Positions 33,965 through 45,258 of a DNA stretch of 54,687 nucleotides are shown one piece after another. Origin of the DNA: Sphingorhabdus sp. GTDB lineage: Bacteria; Pseudomonadota; Alphaproteobacteria; Sphingomonadales; Sphingomonadaceae. The notes below the pieces were generated by a model. The model saw only the letters and a list, made by a program, of their open reading frames with translations. It did no database searches and was not told the origin of the DNA. The stretch spans positions 1-54,687 of the forward strand of contig JBILOZ010000001.1 of assembly GCA_044374245.1 (NCBI GenBank), written 5' to 3'. The position numbers were made by a program, and so were the translations under genes. Each line of letters begins with the position of its first letter. Position 1 is the first letter of the stretch.

Positions 33965-35106
33965 TGCCCCACAACACACCCGCGCGCATTCTTATCATCG
34001 CTGGGTCCGACAGCGGCGGCGGCGCTGGTATTCAGGCGGATATTAAGACGGTAACGATGCTCGGCGGTCATGCGATGACCGCGATTACGGCAATTACCGC
34101 GCAGAACACGCTGGGTGTCGATGCGGTGCATATGGTGCCAACGCAGATGGTCATTGACCAGATCGCAGCCGTTGTGAGCGATATTGGCGTAGATGCCGTT
34201 AAAATCGGCATGATTGGAAATGCGGCCACGGCACATGCCGTAGCAGACAGTCTTTCGGAGCTGTCTTGTCCCATCATATTCGACCCTGTGATGGTGGCGA
34301 CCAGTGGCGCGGTGCTGGCGGATGCCGATACCATCGCCGCGTTTGAGCGGCTTATGCGGCTTGCGACACTGACGACGCCCAATCTGCCTGAACTGCAGGC
34401 GCTCGGCGGGAAGGATAGCTTGCTGGGGCGGCGCATATCGTTGCTTATCAAAGGCGGGCATGCGGATGGCGACCAGATCGTAGATGAACTGCACGTCGCG
34501 CCGGGCTTGAGCGAAAGCTGGAGTGACGCGCGGATTGAAACACGCAGTACCCACGGAACCGGTTGCACCTTAGCCACGGCGATTGCGACTGGGTTGGGGC
34601 AGGGAATGGAGCTCATTCCTGCCATCGAACGTGCGCGCGTGTTCGTGCGCTTGGCGCTGCTGGACGCGCCCGGGCTTGGCCAAGGTCACGGCCCGATGGG
34701 GCACCAAGCCGTGCGCGAAGATGCGATGGTTGCCGGGCCATCGCTCAATCAGGTCACCGTTGGTTGCCGCAATTATGCGGCCTCGATCGATTTTTACAAA
34801 GCGCTTGGCCTTCAACAGATCGTCGACAGCCCCGACAACGGCTACGCGCGGTTTGAAATGCCAAATGGTGTTACCTTTTCGATCCACCAAAATGATGACT
34901 GCGCGACATCGACTGTGGTGTATTTTGAAAGCAAGCGGTTGGATGCATGGGTGACCGAACTGACCAGCCAAGGATATGTTTTCGAACAGATGCCGCAGGA
35001 CGAAAGCTGGGGCTGGCGCGAGGCGCGGTTGCTTGATCCTGCCGGGAATATGGTGTGCCTGTACCATGCGGGCGAGAACCGGCGATATCCGGCCTGGCGC
35101 ATATGA
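33964..35106 (+). CDS. thiD: Hydroxymethylpyrimidine/phosphomethylpyrimidine kinase fused to a C-terminal VOC (glyoxalase-like) domain
   Basis: IAGSDSGGGAGIQADIKT, DPVMVATSG, THGTGCTL; then LNQVTV...SIDFYKALGL...WGWREARLLDPAGN. Confidence 0.9.
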   Translation: MPHNTPARILIIAGSDSGGGAGIQADIKTVTMLGGHAMTAITAITAQNTLGVDAVHMVPTQMVIDQIAAVVSDIGVDAVKIGMIGNAATAHAVADSLSELSCPIIFDPVMVATSGAVLADADTIAAFERLMRLATLTTPNLPELQALGGKDSLLGRRISLLIKGGHADGDQIVDELHVAPGLSESWSDARIETRSTHGTGCTLATAIATGLGQGMELIPAIERARVFVRLALLDAPGLGQGHGPMGHQAVREDAMVAGPSLNQVTVGCRNYAASIDFYKALGLQQIVDSPDNGYARFEMPNGVTFSIHQNDDCATSTVVYFESKRLDAWVTELTSQGYVFEQMPQDESWGWREARLLDPAGNMVCLYHAGENRRYPAWRI

Positions 35107-35684
35107 TTTTCGGTGTGGACGAGGCCGGGCGCGGGCCACTTGCGGGGCCAGTGGTGGCTGCCGCAGTATTGTTGTGCAAGCCGCGCCCGTCGGGATTGGA
35201 TGACAGCAAGAAACTCAGTGCCGCGCGCCGCGCCGAGCTGGAAGAAACGATAAAGCGCCGGTGCCAGTGGGCGGTGGGCATTGTGGGTGTTGATGACATC
35301 GACCGGCTGAACATATTCGGCGCGACGATGTTGGCGATGACGCGCGCGGTTGAGGGCTTGTGCGCTAAAGTTGGGAGCGACCCAACGGAAGTGCTGATCG
35401 ATGGCAATATGACGCCGTTCGGTCGTCGGCCCGAATGGCGTTGGAATGCGCGGGCCATTGTTGGCGGCGATGCCATCGAGCCATGCATTTCTGCGGCCTC
35501 CATCATCGCGAAAGAACATCGTGACCGGATGATGTGCGCAGCGGCGCAGCAGCATCAACATTATGGTTGGGAACGGAACAAGGGGTACGGAACGCCCGAC
35601 CATTTGGCCGCTTTGCGTTTGCACGGACCAACGCCGCTGCACCGCAAAAGCTTCGCGCCCGTGTCACAAATGCTTTTGCTGTGA
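35103..35684 (+). CDS. rnhB: Ribonuclease HII
   Basis: GVDEAGRGPLAGPV, DSKKL, AASIIAK, HRKSF. Confidence 0.95.
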   Translation: MIFGVDEAGRGPLAGPVVAAAVLLCKPRPSGLDDSKKLSAARRAELEETIKRRCQWAVGIVGVDDIDRLNIFGATMLAMTRAVEGLCAKVGSDPTEVLIDGNMTPFGRRPEWRWNARAIVGGDAIEPCISAASIIAKEHRDRMMCAAAQQHQHYGWERNKGYGTPDHLAALRLHGPTPLHRKSFAPVSQMLLL

Positions 35685-35699
35685 GTTTTTTTGGTCAGT

Positions 35700-35862
35700 G
35701 AGTCATTCGGGCAACACCACTACCGGTTGAGTCCCGCTGGAATCGCGAGACTCCATATCTTGTGTCGGACTCCTTTCGTTCCACCTAAATGGCCCCAGAT
35801 CGTGCGACTCGCGGTGAATCCTTATGTTGTCAACGTCCTTGACCTTGCCCCCGCGCTGACTC
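35700..35862. promoter_or_regulatory. Cluster of 8 GANTC (CcrM target) sites in the ccrM upstream region
   Basis: GANTC starting at 35700, 35729, 35740, 35749, 35768, 35806, 35816 and 35858. Confidence 0.8.
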
Positions 35863-35892
35863 ATCGCAGTTTCATTCAGTTTTGAGGAGTGA

Positions 35893-38114
<2,222 letters not shown>

Positions 38115-38189
38115 GCTACCATTATTTGGCTGTCTTGTTGACGCGGCTGTCATCGCGCAAAAGAGAACCAGATTTAGGGAGGAACTGAG

Positions 38190-38609
38190 ATGCTCTTAAA
38201 ATATATAGTTGGTTACATTGCCACCGGGCTTGCGTTCGCGATGATCGACAGCATTTGGTTGCGCAACATGTATACGCGGCTTTACCAGCCAGAGATTGGT
38301 GAGCTGCTGATGAAGGGCGGTTTCCGCATGGGGCCAGCTATCATATTCTATATATTATATATATTGGGCATGATGATCTTTGCCGTGGGGCCTGCGCTGC
38401 ATTCGGGCAAATGGCAGACAGCATTGCTGTGGGGCGCGATGCTCGGCTTCTTTTGCTATATGACCTATGACCTGACGAACTTTGCCACGTTGAAAGTGTG
38501 GAGCACCAAAGTCACCATACTCGACATCATCTGGGGCACGTTTTTGACGGGTTCTGCGTCGCTTGCTGGATTTTGGATTACACAGGCGTTGCTTGGCAAA
38601 AACGCTTAA
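38190..38609 (+). CDS. DUF2177-like membrane protein
   Basis: IDSIWL, YMTYDLTNFATLKVW, DIIWG; strong GGAGG RBS. Confidence 0.8.
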   Translation: MLLKYIVGYIATGLAFAMIDSIWLRNMYTRLYQPEIGELLMKGGFRMGPAIIFYILYILGMMIFAVGPALHSGKWQTALLWGAMLGFFCYMTYDLTNFATLKVWSTKVTILDIIWGTFLTGSASLAGFWITQALLGKNA

Positions 38610-40033
38610 GCCGCGTCGCTGATCCCAAGGTCGGCGAGCTTACGGTACAGGGTCGAACGTCCAATGCCGAGGCGGCGGGCGACTTCGGTCATTCTGCCGC
38701 GATAATGACCTATGGCCAGCCGAATAACGTCCGCTTCGATTTCCTCGAGCGGACGCATATTCCCGTCCTTTTCGTACAGCGTCACGCCGATGCCATCATT
38801 GGTGCCTGCGCCGCCCGATCCACCATGTCCCGGAACGCCAACGGCCGCGGCTATTTGGGGGAATTCTTCGGGCGTCAGCGCGTCACGTTCGCTCAGGACC
38901 GCGGCGCGGAACAGCGCGCTTTGCAGCTGCCGGACATTGCCCGGCCAGTCATATCCGCGCAGCATGGTCAAGGCCTCATCGGTGATACCAAGGCTGCGAA
39001 GCCCGGGCTGGCTTGCCATGCGACCGAGAAAATGACGTGCAAGCGCGGGTATGTCGGAAGTCCGTTCGCGCAGGGGCGGAATGGTCAGCTGCACCACATT
39101 CAATCGATAATATAGGTCTTCGCGAAATTGACCGTCGGCCAATTTGTTTGCCAATGAGGTGTTGCTGGCCGACAAAATGCGGACATCAATGCGATAGCTA
39201 TGTGTGGCTCCCAGTGGGGAAATTTCACCTTGGGTGAGGAGCCGCACCAACCGGATCTGTGTTTCGGGGGGCAGCAAATCCACCTCATCCAGAAACACCG
39301 TCCCGCCTTCAGCTTGCTGAAATATGCAGATGCGGCGGTCAAAGGCACCCGCGAACGCGTCTTTTTCATGCCCGAACAATAAGGAGTCGAGCAGATTGGA
39401 TGCAATCGCGCCGCAATTGACTTTGAGATAGGGAAGCTTCGCGCGCGGGCTTGCGGCTTGAATGGCGTCGGCCACGACCTCTTTGCCCACGCCATGCTCG
39501 CCTTCGATAAAGATAGGCGCGCGGCTGCGTGCGGCCTTTGCGGCAATCGCAAGCGCTGTGCGCAATGCTGGCGCGGAACCGATGATTTCTTCGAACGCCA
39601 AGGGCTGGGTGATTTTCTCGGTCAGCGGGTGAAGTTCGCCCAACTTTTTGCTTTTGTCCGCCGCCATGCTGAGCGCGGCAACCAGGCGGTCGGGGGCGAC
39701 GGGCTTAATGATATAGTCCGAGGCACCGGCCCGCATGGCATCGATGGCCGCTTCGTTCGAGCCGATGGATGTCATCAAAAGGATCGGGAGTGCAGGGCGA
39801 CGCGACTTGAGTTCCGAAATCAGCGATGCAGAATCCGCTCCTGGGACCCATTGATCGAGGATGATGGCGTCCAGCATCATGCCATCTTGCGTGCCGAGCA
39901 TCGCGATCGCGGTTTCTGCATCACGTGCAAAAACCGTTCTCCATCCGGCGCGTGATGCGATAGCCGATACCAGCCGGCATTGGGCAGGTTCATCATCGAC
40001 AAGCATCAACAATCTGGTTTCTCGTTCCTGCAT
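38606..40033 (-). CDS. REC-AAA+-Fis response regulator, TacA-like
   Basis: VDDEPAQ receiver, GEHGVGKE, FLDEVD, FREDLYYRLNV, C-terminal YRGRMTEVARRLGIGRSTLYRK. Confidence 0.85.
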   Translation of the reverse strand: MQERETRLLMLVDDEPAQCRLVSAIASRAGWRTVFARDAETAIAMLGTQDGMMLDAIILDQWVPGADSASLISELKSRRPALPILLMTSIGSNEAAIDAMRAGASDYIIKPVAPDRLVAALSMAADKSKKLGELHPLTEKITQPLAFEEIIGSAPALRTALAIAAKAARSRAPIFIEGEHGVGKEVVADAIQAASPRAKLPYLKVNCGAIASNLLDSLLFGHEKDAFAGAFDRRICIFQQAEGGTVFLDEVDLLPPETQIRLVRLLTQGEISPLGATHSYRIDVRILSASNTSLANKLADGQFREDLYYRLNVVQLTIPPLRERTSDIPALARHFLGRMASQPGLRSLGITDEALTMLRGYDWPGNVRQLQSALFRAAVLSERDALTPEEFPQIAAAVGVPGHGGSGGAGTNDGIGVTLYEKDGNMRPLEEIEADVIRLAIGHYRGRMTEVARRLGIGRSTLYRKLADLGISDAA

Positions 40034-40078
40034 TCACTGTCCGCCAATGTTCATGGACAGCCGTGATAACGCAAATGG

Positions 40079-40094
40079 GTAAAGACCGGATTAA
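40079..40094 (-). promoter_or_regulatory. Candidate CtrA box upstream of the tacA-like gene
   Basis: Minus strand TTAA-TCCGGTC-TTTAC (one mismatch to TTAA-N7-TTAAC). Confidence 0.45.
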
Positions 40095-40187
40095 GCAACG
40101 CATGTATTTTCTTTGTCCATGCCGCTTGAGCATTGGAAAATCACAAGTTAAGGCTGCAACGTAATAAAAGTTTATATGGAGGCTGTT

Positions 40188-40322
40188 TTGGCACAAGATC
40201 ACGACCTGGGACCTGCAAAAGAAACCTATGCCGGTTTCATCGCATTGTTCAAATGGGGCACTGTCGCCGCCGTTGTTGTCACTGCGTTGGTGGTTCTCAT
40301 CATCGCTAGCCGCGCGGCTTAA
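40188..40322 (+). CDS. aa3-type cytochrome c oxidase subunit IV-like small membrane protein, 44 aa (not in the ORF track)
   Basis: TTG start after GGAGG; MAQDHDLGPAKETYAGFIALFKWGTVAAVVVTALVVLIIASRAA; TYxGF plus a single TM helix; stop abuts the pntA start. Confidence 0.8.
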   Translation: MAQDHDLGPAKETYAGFIALFKWGTVAAVVVTALVVLIIASRAA

Positions 40323-41453
40323 GTGGTAAAGATCGCTGTACTGAAAGAGACCGCTTCGGGCGAAACGCGGGTTTCTGCGTCACCTGAAACGGTGAAAAAA
40401 TTCATCGCATTGGGAGCATCGGTCTCCGTCGAGAGTGACGCCGGGGCCACGGCCTCTATCGGTAACAGCGATTATGAAAACGCGGGCGCTTCGGTTGGAA
40501 GCCTGTCTTCGGTTCTGAAGGACGCTGACATCATCCTTGGCGTTCAGGGGCCTGACCCCAAGGCGCTGGTCGGCATGAAGGCGGGTGCTTGGCTGGTTGC
40601 GGGACTTGATCCATTTGGGCAGCGGTCCCGCGTTGATGCATATGCCAAGGCGGGCGTGGATGCGCTTGCCATGGAATTCATGCCGCGCATCACGCGCGCG
40701 CAGTCGATGGACATTTTGTCGTCGCAGTCGAACCTGTCGGGTTACAAGGCTGTGATCGAAGCCGCGTCTGTATATGGCCGCGCCTTTCCAATGATGATGA
40801 CCGCTGCTGGTACAGTCAGTGCAGCCAAGGCGTTTATCATGGGTGTTGGTGTTGCTGGGCTTCAAGCGATTGCAACAGCGCGTCGTTTGGGTGCGCAGGT
40901 TTCGGCAACCGACGTCCGTTCCGCGACCAAAGAACAGATCGAATCGCTTGGTGCCAAGGCAATCTTCGTTGAGAATGTCGCCGGTATCGAAGGCGAGGGC
41001 GCTGGTGGGTACGCCACCGAAATGTCCGACGAATATAAGGCGGCGCAAGCCGAACTCGTCTCCGCACATATCGCCAAGCAAGATATCGTCATCACGACCG
41101 CGTTAATCCCCGGTCGTCCTGCACCGCGCCTTATTTCGGATGCGCAGATTGCCACGATGAAGCCGGGTTCGGTGATATTCGACCTCGCCGTTGCCCAAGG
41201 CGGCAATGTCGAAGGTTCAAAGCCAGACGAGATCGTCGTTAAGCACGGCGTAAAAATTGTCGGCTACTCAAACACACCAGCGCATTTGGCCGCGGATACA
41301 TCCGCACTGTTTTCGCGCAATTTGTACAACTTCCTATCCGCGTTTTGGGACAAGGAAGCGGGCAGACCAGTGCTGCCTGATGACGACGAAATTACCGCAG
41401 CCATTCGCCTGACCAAAGATGGCAAGGTCGTGAATGATCGCCTGTTGGCGTAA
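40323..41453 (+). CDS. pntA: NAD(P) transhydrogenase subunit alpha, part 1
   Basis: PRITRAQSMDILSSQ, GVGVAGLQAI, TTALIPGRPAP. Confidence 0.95.
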   Translation: MVKIAVLKETASGETRVSASPETVKKFIALGASVSVESDAGATASIGNSDYENAGASVGSLSSVLKDADIILGVQGPDPKALVGMKAGAWLVAGLDPFGQRSRVDAYAKAGVDALAMEFMPRITRAQSMDILSSQSNLSGYKAVIEAASVYGRAFPMMMTAAGTVSAAKAFIMGVGVAGLQAIATARRLGAQVSATDVRSATKEQIESLGAKAIFVENVAGIEGEGAGGYATEMSDEYKAAQAELVSAHIAKQDIVITTALIPGRPAPRLISDAQIATMKPGSVIFDLAVAQGGNVEGSKPDEIVVKHGVKIVGYSNTPAHLAADTSALFSRNLYNFLSAFWDKEAGRPVLPDDDEITAAIRLTKDGKVVNDRLLA

Positions 41454-41462
41454 GGGGGCACC

Positions 41463-41744
41463 ATGGACTTTATTTCAATTTTATCCATCTTCGTGATGGC
41501 GTGTTTCGTGGGCTATTATGTCGTTTGGTCGGTTACACCGGCACTGCACACGCCGTTGATGGCGGTTACGAACGCGATTTCTTCGGTCATCATCGTGGGC
41601 GCGCTGATCGCGTCGGCAGCGGGTGGCTCGCCGACCGCAAAATGGCTGGGGCTGATTGCGGTTGCGCTGGCAAGCGTTAACATCTTCGGTGGCTTTGCGG
41701 TGACCGCGCGCATGCTCGCAATGTACAAGAAAAAGGAGCGTTAA
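41463..41744 (+). CDS. NAD(P) transhydrogenase subunit alpha, part 2 (membrane)
   Basis: VTPALHTPLMAVTNAISS, NIFGGF. Confidence 0.95.
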   Translation: MDFISILSIFVMACFVGYYVVWSVTPALHTPLMAVTNAISSVIIVGALIASAAGGSPTAKWLGLIAVALASVNIFGGFAVTARMLAMYKKKER

Positions 41745-41745
41745 G

Positions 41746-43233
41746 TTGGAACATGCTGCTCCTCCCGCATGGGTGATGCTCGCGTATTTGATATCGGGCG
41801 TCTTTTTCATCCTCGCTTTGCGCGGGCTTTCCTCACCAGCGACATCACAGCAGGGCAACCGTTTCGGAATGGCCGGCATGCTGATTGCCGTTGTGACGAC
41901 GTTGGTAACGCATCTGCCTGGCGAAAATCCTTGTGACACCTTGGCCGCGACCAACACTCTCGGCTTTTGTGAAGACCGGTTTTTTGTAGATTGGCAGACA
42001 GCTCTCCAAATCCTAGGCGCAATAGCAATTGGCGCTGGCGTTGGTTGGGTCACGGCACGCAAGATTGCCATGACCGACATGCCGCAGCTTGTGGCTGCGT
42101 TCCACTCGCTCGTGGGGATGGCCGCAGTGCTGGTTGCTGCCGCCGCCTTCCTCAACCCTGTTGCCTTTGGCATAATTGGTGAAGACGGCTTGATTAACCC
42201 CGTCAGCCGCGTTGAAATGGGCCTTGGCATCGCGATCGGTGCGATTACATTCTCCGGATCGGTAATCGCGTTCCTTAAGCTCGCTGGCAAGATGTCTGGT
42301 GCGCCGATCATGTTGCCTATGCGGCATGTGATCAATCTGGGCACGCTCGCCGCGATCTTGGGTCTCATCGCCTATTTCACGGTTGATCAAAGCCCGTGGA
42401 TATTCTGGACGATTACGGCACTCGCATTCGTCATCGGCTTCTTGCTCATCATTCCAATTGGCGGCGCAGACATGCCTGTCGTGGTATCGATGCTGAACAG
42501 CTATTCTGGCTGGGCAGCGGCGGCCATGGGTTTCACGCTGCACAACACAGCGATGATCATCACTGGCGCTTTGGTGGGCTCGTCTGGCGCGATTTTGTCG
42601 TACATCATGTGCAAGGCCATGAACCGCAGCTTCATAAGCGTTATCGCGGGCGGCTTTGGTGCAGAGGCAACCGCCACCGGTGGCCCTGCCAAAGAGCAGC
42701 GCCCATGGAAGCGCGGTTCCGCCGAAGATGCTGCCTATATGATGCAGCAGGCCGAAAGCGTCATCATTGTCCCCGGTTACGGCATGGCGGTTGCGCAGGC
42801 GCAGCATATCCTTCGCGAAATGGCCGATGTGCTGAAGAAACAGGGCGTTTCAGTGAAATACGCCATTCACCCGGTTGCTGGACGCATGCCCGGGCATATG
42901 AACGTTCTGCTGGCCGAAGCGCAGGTGCCTTATGATGAGGTATTCGAGCTTGAGGACATCAACAGCGAATTTGCGCAAACCGATGTTGCGTTCATCATTG
43001 GTGCGAATGACGTTGTGAACCCCGCGGCAAAAACCGACAAGACATCGCCGATTTACGGCATGCCGGTTTTTGATGTCGACAAGGCAAAGACCGTGTTCTT
43101 CGTGAAACGCTCAATGGGCGGGGTGGGCTATGCCGGCGTCGACAATGATGTGTTCTACATGGACCAAACGATGATGCTTCTCGCTGATGCAAAGAAGATG
43201 TGCGAAGACATCGTGAAGGCCTTGCAGCACTAG
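41746..43233 (+). CDS. pntB: NAD(P) transhydrogenase subunit beta
   Basis: MPQLVAAFHSLVG, IGGADMPVVVSMLNSYSG, HPVAGRMPGHMNVLLAEA. Confidence 0.95.
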   Translation: MEHAAPPAWVMLAYLISGVFFILALRGLSSPATSQQGNRFGMAGMLIAVVTTLVTHLPGENPCDTLAATNTLGFCEDRFFVDWQTALQILGAIAIGAGVGWVTARKIAMTDMPQLVAAFHSLVGMAAVLVAAAAFLNPVAFGIIGEDGLINPVSRVEMGLGIAIGAITFSGSVIAFLKLAGKMSGAPIMLPMRHVINLGTLAAILGLIAYFTVDQSPWIFWTITALAFVIGFLLIIPIGGADMPVVVSMLNSYSGWAAAAMGFTLHNTAMIITGALVGSSGAILSYIMCKAMNRSFISVIAGGFGAEATATGGPAKEQRPWKRGSAEDAAYMMQQAESVIIVPGYGMAVAQAQHILREMADVLKKQGVSVKYAIHPVAGRMPGHMNVLLAEAQVPYDEVFELEDINSEFAQTDVAFIIGANDVVNPAAKTDKTSPIYGMPVFDVDKAKTVFFVKRSMGGVGYAGVDNDVFYMDQTMMLLADAKKMCEDIVKALQH

Positions 43234-43260
43234 GTCACTTCACGCTATCGACGAACAAAG

Positions 43261-43295
43261 GCCGCCCTGAGCAATCTTGGGGCGGTATTTGTTTC
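43261..43295 (+). terminator. Probable terminator hairpin after pntB
   Basis: GCCGCCC-TGAGCAATCTTG-GGGCGGT followed by ATTTGTTT. Confidence 0.55.
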
Positions 43296-43313
43296 ATGTC
43301 AGGGGTAGCGAAT

Positions 43314-44012
43314 ATGCGTAAACTCGGGTTGATCGGCGGACTGAGCTGGTATTCGACCGAACTCTATTACGCCCGCATCAATAAACAGGTGCTCCGCCGC
43401 ACAAACGGCACCTGCAACGCGCCCTTGCTGATCGAGAGCCTCAATTTCTGCGATGTCGGCAAAGCCAGCACGGATGAAGACTGGGCCCATGTCGCAGACG
43501 TGCTCACCGCCTCTGCCCAGCGTTTGGAGCAGGCTGGCGCCACCGCCATCCTCATCTGTGCCAACAGCATGCATAAAGTGTTCGACACGGTCGCAGCGGC
43601 GGTTTCCATCCCGCTCATCCATATCGCGGACGCGGTGGGTGCGAAGATGAAGGCGGACGCCGTAGCATCTGCTGCATTGCTTGGCACCGCAAATGTCATG
43701 GCGGAAAATTGGTATCGTCAGCGCCTCGTAAAACATGGTGTATCTTTGCTGCCCGCCGAAATGGATGACGTCAAAGAACTGGACCGCATCATATATGACG
43801 AGCTGATGCACGGCGTCGTGAAGCGGGATTCGGAGCGGACATTGAAAACGCTTATCACCGAAATCGACCAGGAAGGCATCAAGGCGATTGTGCTGGGATG
43901 CACCGAATTGAGCATGATCATCGACACCAAAGCCAATGTTTTGCCGATCTATGACAGTGCAGAAATACACGCCGATGCTGGCGTTGATTGGATATTGGGC
44001 AGTCACGCCTAA
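43314..44012 (+). CDS. Aspartate/glutamate racemase family protein
   Basis: LGLIGGLSWYST, CANSMH and GCTEL two-cysteine motifs. Confidence 0.9.
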   Translation: MRKLGLIGGLSWYSTELYYARINKQVLRRTNGTCNAPLLIESLNFCDVGKASTDEDWAHVADVLTASAQRLEQAGATAILICANSMHKVFDTVAAAVSIPLIHIADAVGAKMKADAVASAALLGTANVMAENWYRQRLVKHGVSLLPAEMDDVKELDRIIYDELMHGVVKRDSERTLKTLITEIDQEGIKAIVLGCTELSMIIDTKANVLPIYDSAEIHADAGVDWILGSHA

Positions 44013-44052
44013 TCCCGCTTGCATTTATCATTCTCTAAGGCATGTTGCGCCA

Positions 44053-45258
44053 ATGAGGATAAGAGAGCTGCTATTCGTTGGCGCTGCATTTTGCGCGCTC
44101 GTTCAACCTGCTTCGGCAAAGACTATCGCCGTATCGCCCGGTGAAGGCGCGCAAGAGCGTTTGCAAGAGGCGTTGATTGCCGCGGAGCCGGGGGACGTTG
44201 TTGAGCTTGCGGCAGGGCGGTTCAAGCTGTCTGACGGGCTCTCGCTTGACGTCAACAAGGTGACGGTAAAAGGGCAGGGTGGTTCAGTAACCATCCTTGA
44301 TTTCTCCGGTCAGCAGGGCGCTGGCGAAGGATTGTTGGTAACTTCCGATGATGTTGTGCTGAAAGACTTCGCCGTGGAGAACAGCAAGGGCGATGGCATC
44401 AAGTCAAAGGGTGCGGACCGCATCGTCTATCACAAATTGCGCGTTGAATGGACGGGCGGACCATTGGCGACCAATGGCGCTTACGGAATCTATCCTGTCG
44501 AAAGCAAAGATGTCCTGATTGACTCGGTATTTGTGCGCGGTGCGTCGGATGCGGGCATTTATGTCGGGCAGTCGCGCAATATCGTTGTGCGCCATTCAAC
44601 GGCGGTTGAAAATGTCGCAGGCATTGAAATCGAAAACAGCTTTGACGCAGATGTTCATGATAATATCGCGACCCGCAATACGGGCGGCGTTTTGGTGTTC
44701 GACTTACCCAATTTGCCGCAGATGGGCGGACATAATGTCCGGATATTTGACAATATCATCGTCAACAACATGACCCCGAATTTCGCGCCGAAGGGGAATA
44801 TCGTGGCCAACGTTCCGACGGGAACGGGCGTCATGGTCATGGCCAACCGCAGAGTCGAAATCTTTGACAATGTCATTGGCGAAAACGGCACGACCAACAT
44901 CATGATCGTTGGCTATCGCTTTCCTTTTCAGGATCCCAAATATGACCCGTTACCGCGCGAAGTAAGCATCTGGGACAACCAACATAGCCGGGCAGGGTGG
45001 GACCCCAAATTTCGCGGCGGCACCGAAATTGCAGCCGCTATGGGCGGAAGCTTCCCAGCGATATTCTGGGATGGCGCTGGTGGTTCGGAATATACGCCGG
45101 TCATTCAGGACGATGTCCCCGCGTTGTCGCTTGGGCTAAAAGACGTGGCCGCGGATACGGCAACGGCGCAACCAGCTCCGCTTGTCCGTGCATCGTCCCG
45201 GCCTGCGGGATTGCCAACGATCGTGCTACCTGAAGCAATGGAAGCTGCCGTCCGCTAA
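44053..45258 (+). CDS. Secreted parallel beta-helix protein (TIGR03805-like)
   Basis: Signal peptide; NGAYGIYPV, GASDAGIYVGQS, NVAGIEIENS, NTGGVLVFDLP. Confidence 0.85.
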   Translation: MRIRELLFVGAAFCALVQPASAKTIAVSPGEGAQERLQEALIAAEPGDVVELAAGRFKLSDGLSLDVNKVTVKGQGGSVTILDFSGQQGAGEGLLVTSDDVVLKDFAVENSKGDGIKSKGADRIVYHKLRVEWTGGPLATNGAYGIYPVESKDVLIDSVFVRGASDAGIYVGQSRNIVVRHSTAVENVAGIEIENSFDADVHDNIATRNTGGVLVFDLPNLPQMGGHNVRIFDNIIVNNMTPNFAPKGNIVANVPTGTGVMVMANRRVEIFDNVIGENGTTNIMIVGYRFPFQDPKYDPLPREVSIWDNQHSRAGWDPKFRGGTEIAAAMGGSFPAIFWDGAGGSEYTPVIQDDVPALSLGLKDVAADTATAQPAPLVRASSRPAGLPTIVLPEAMEAAVR

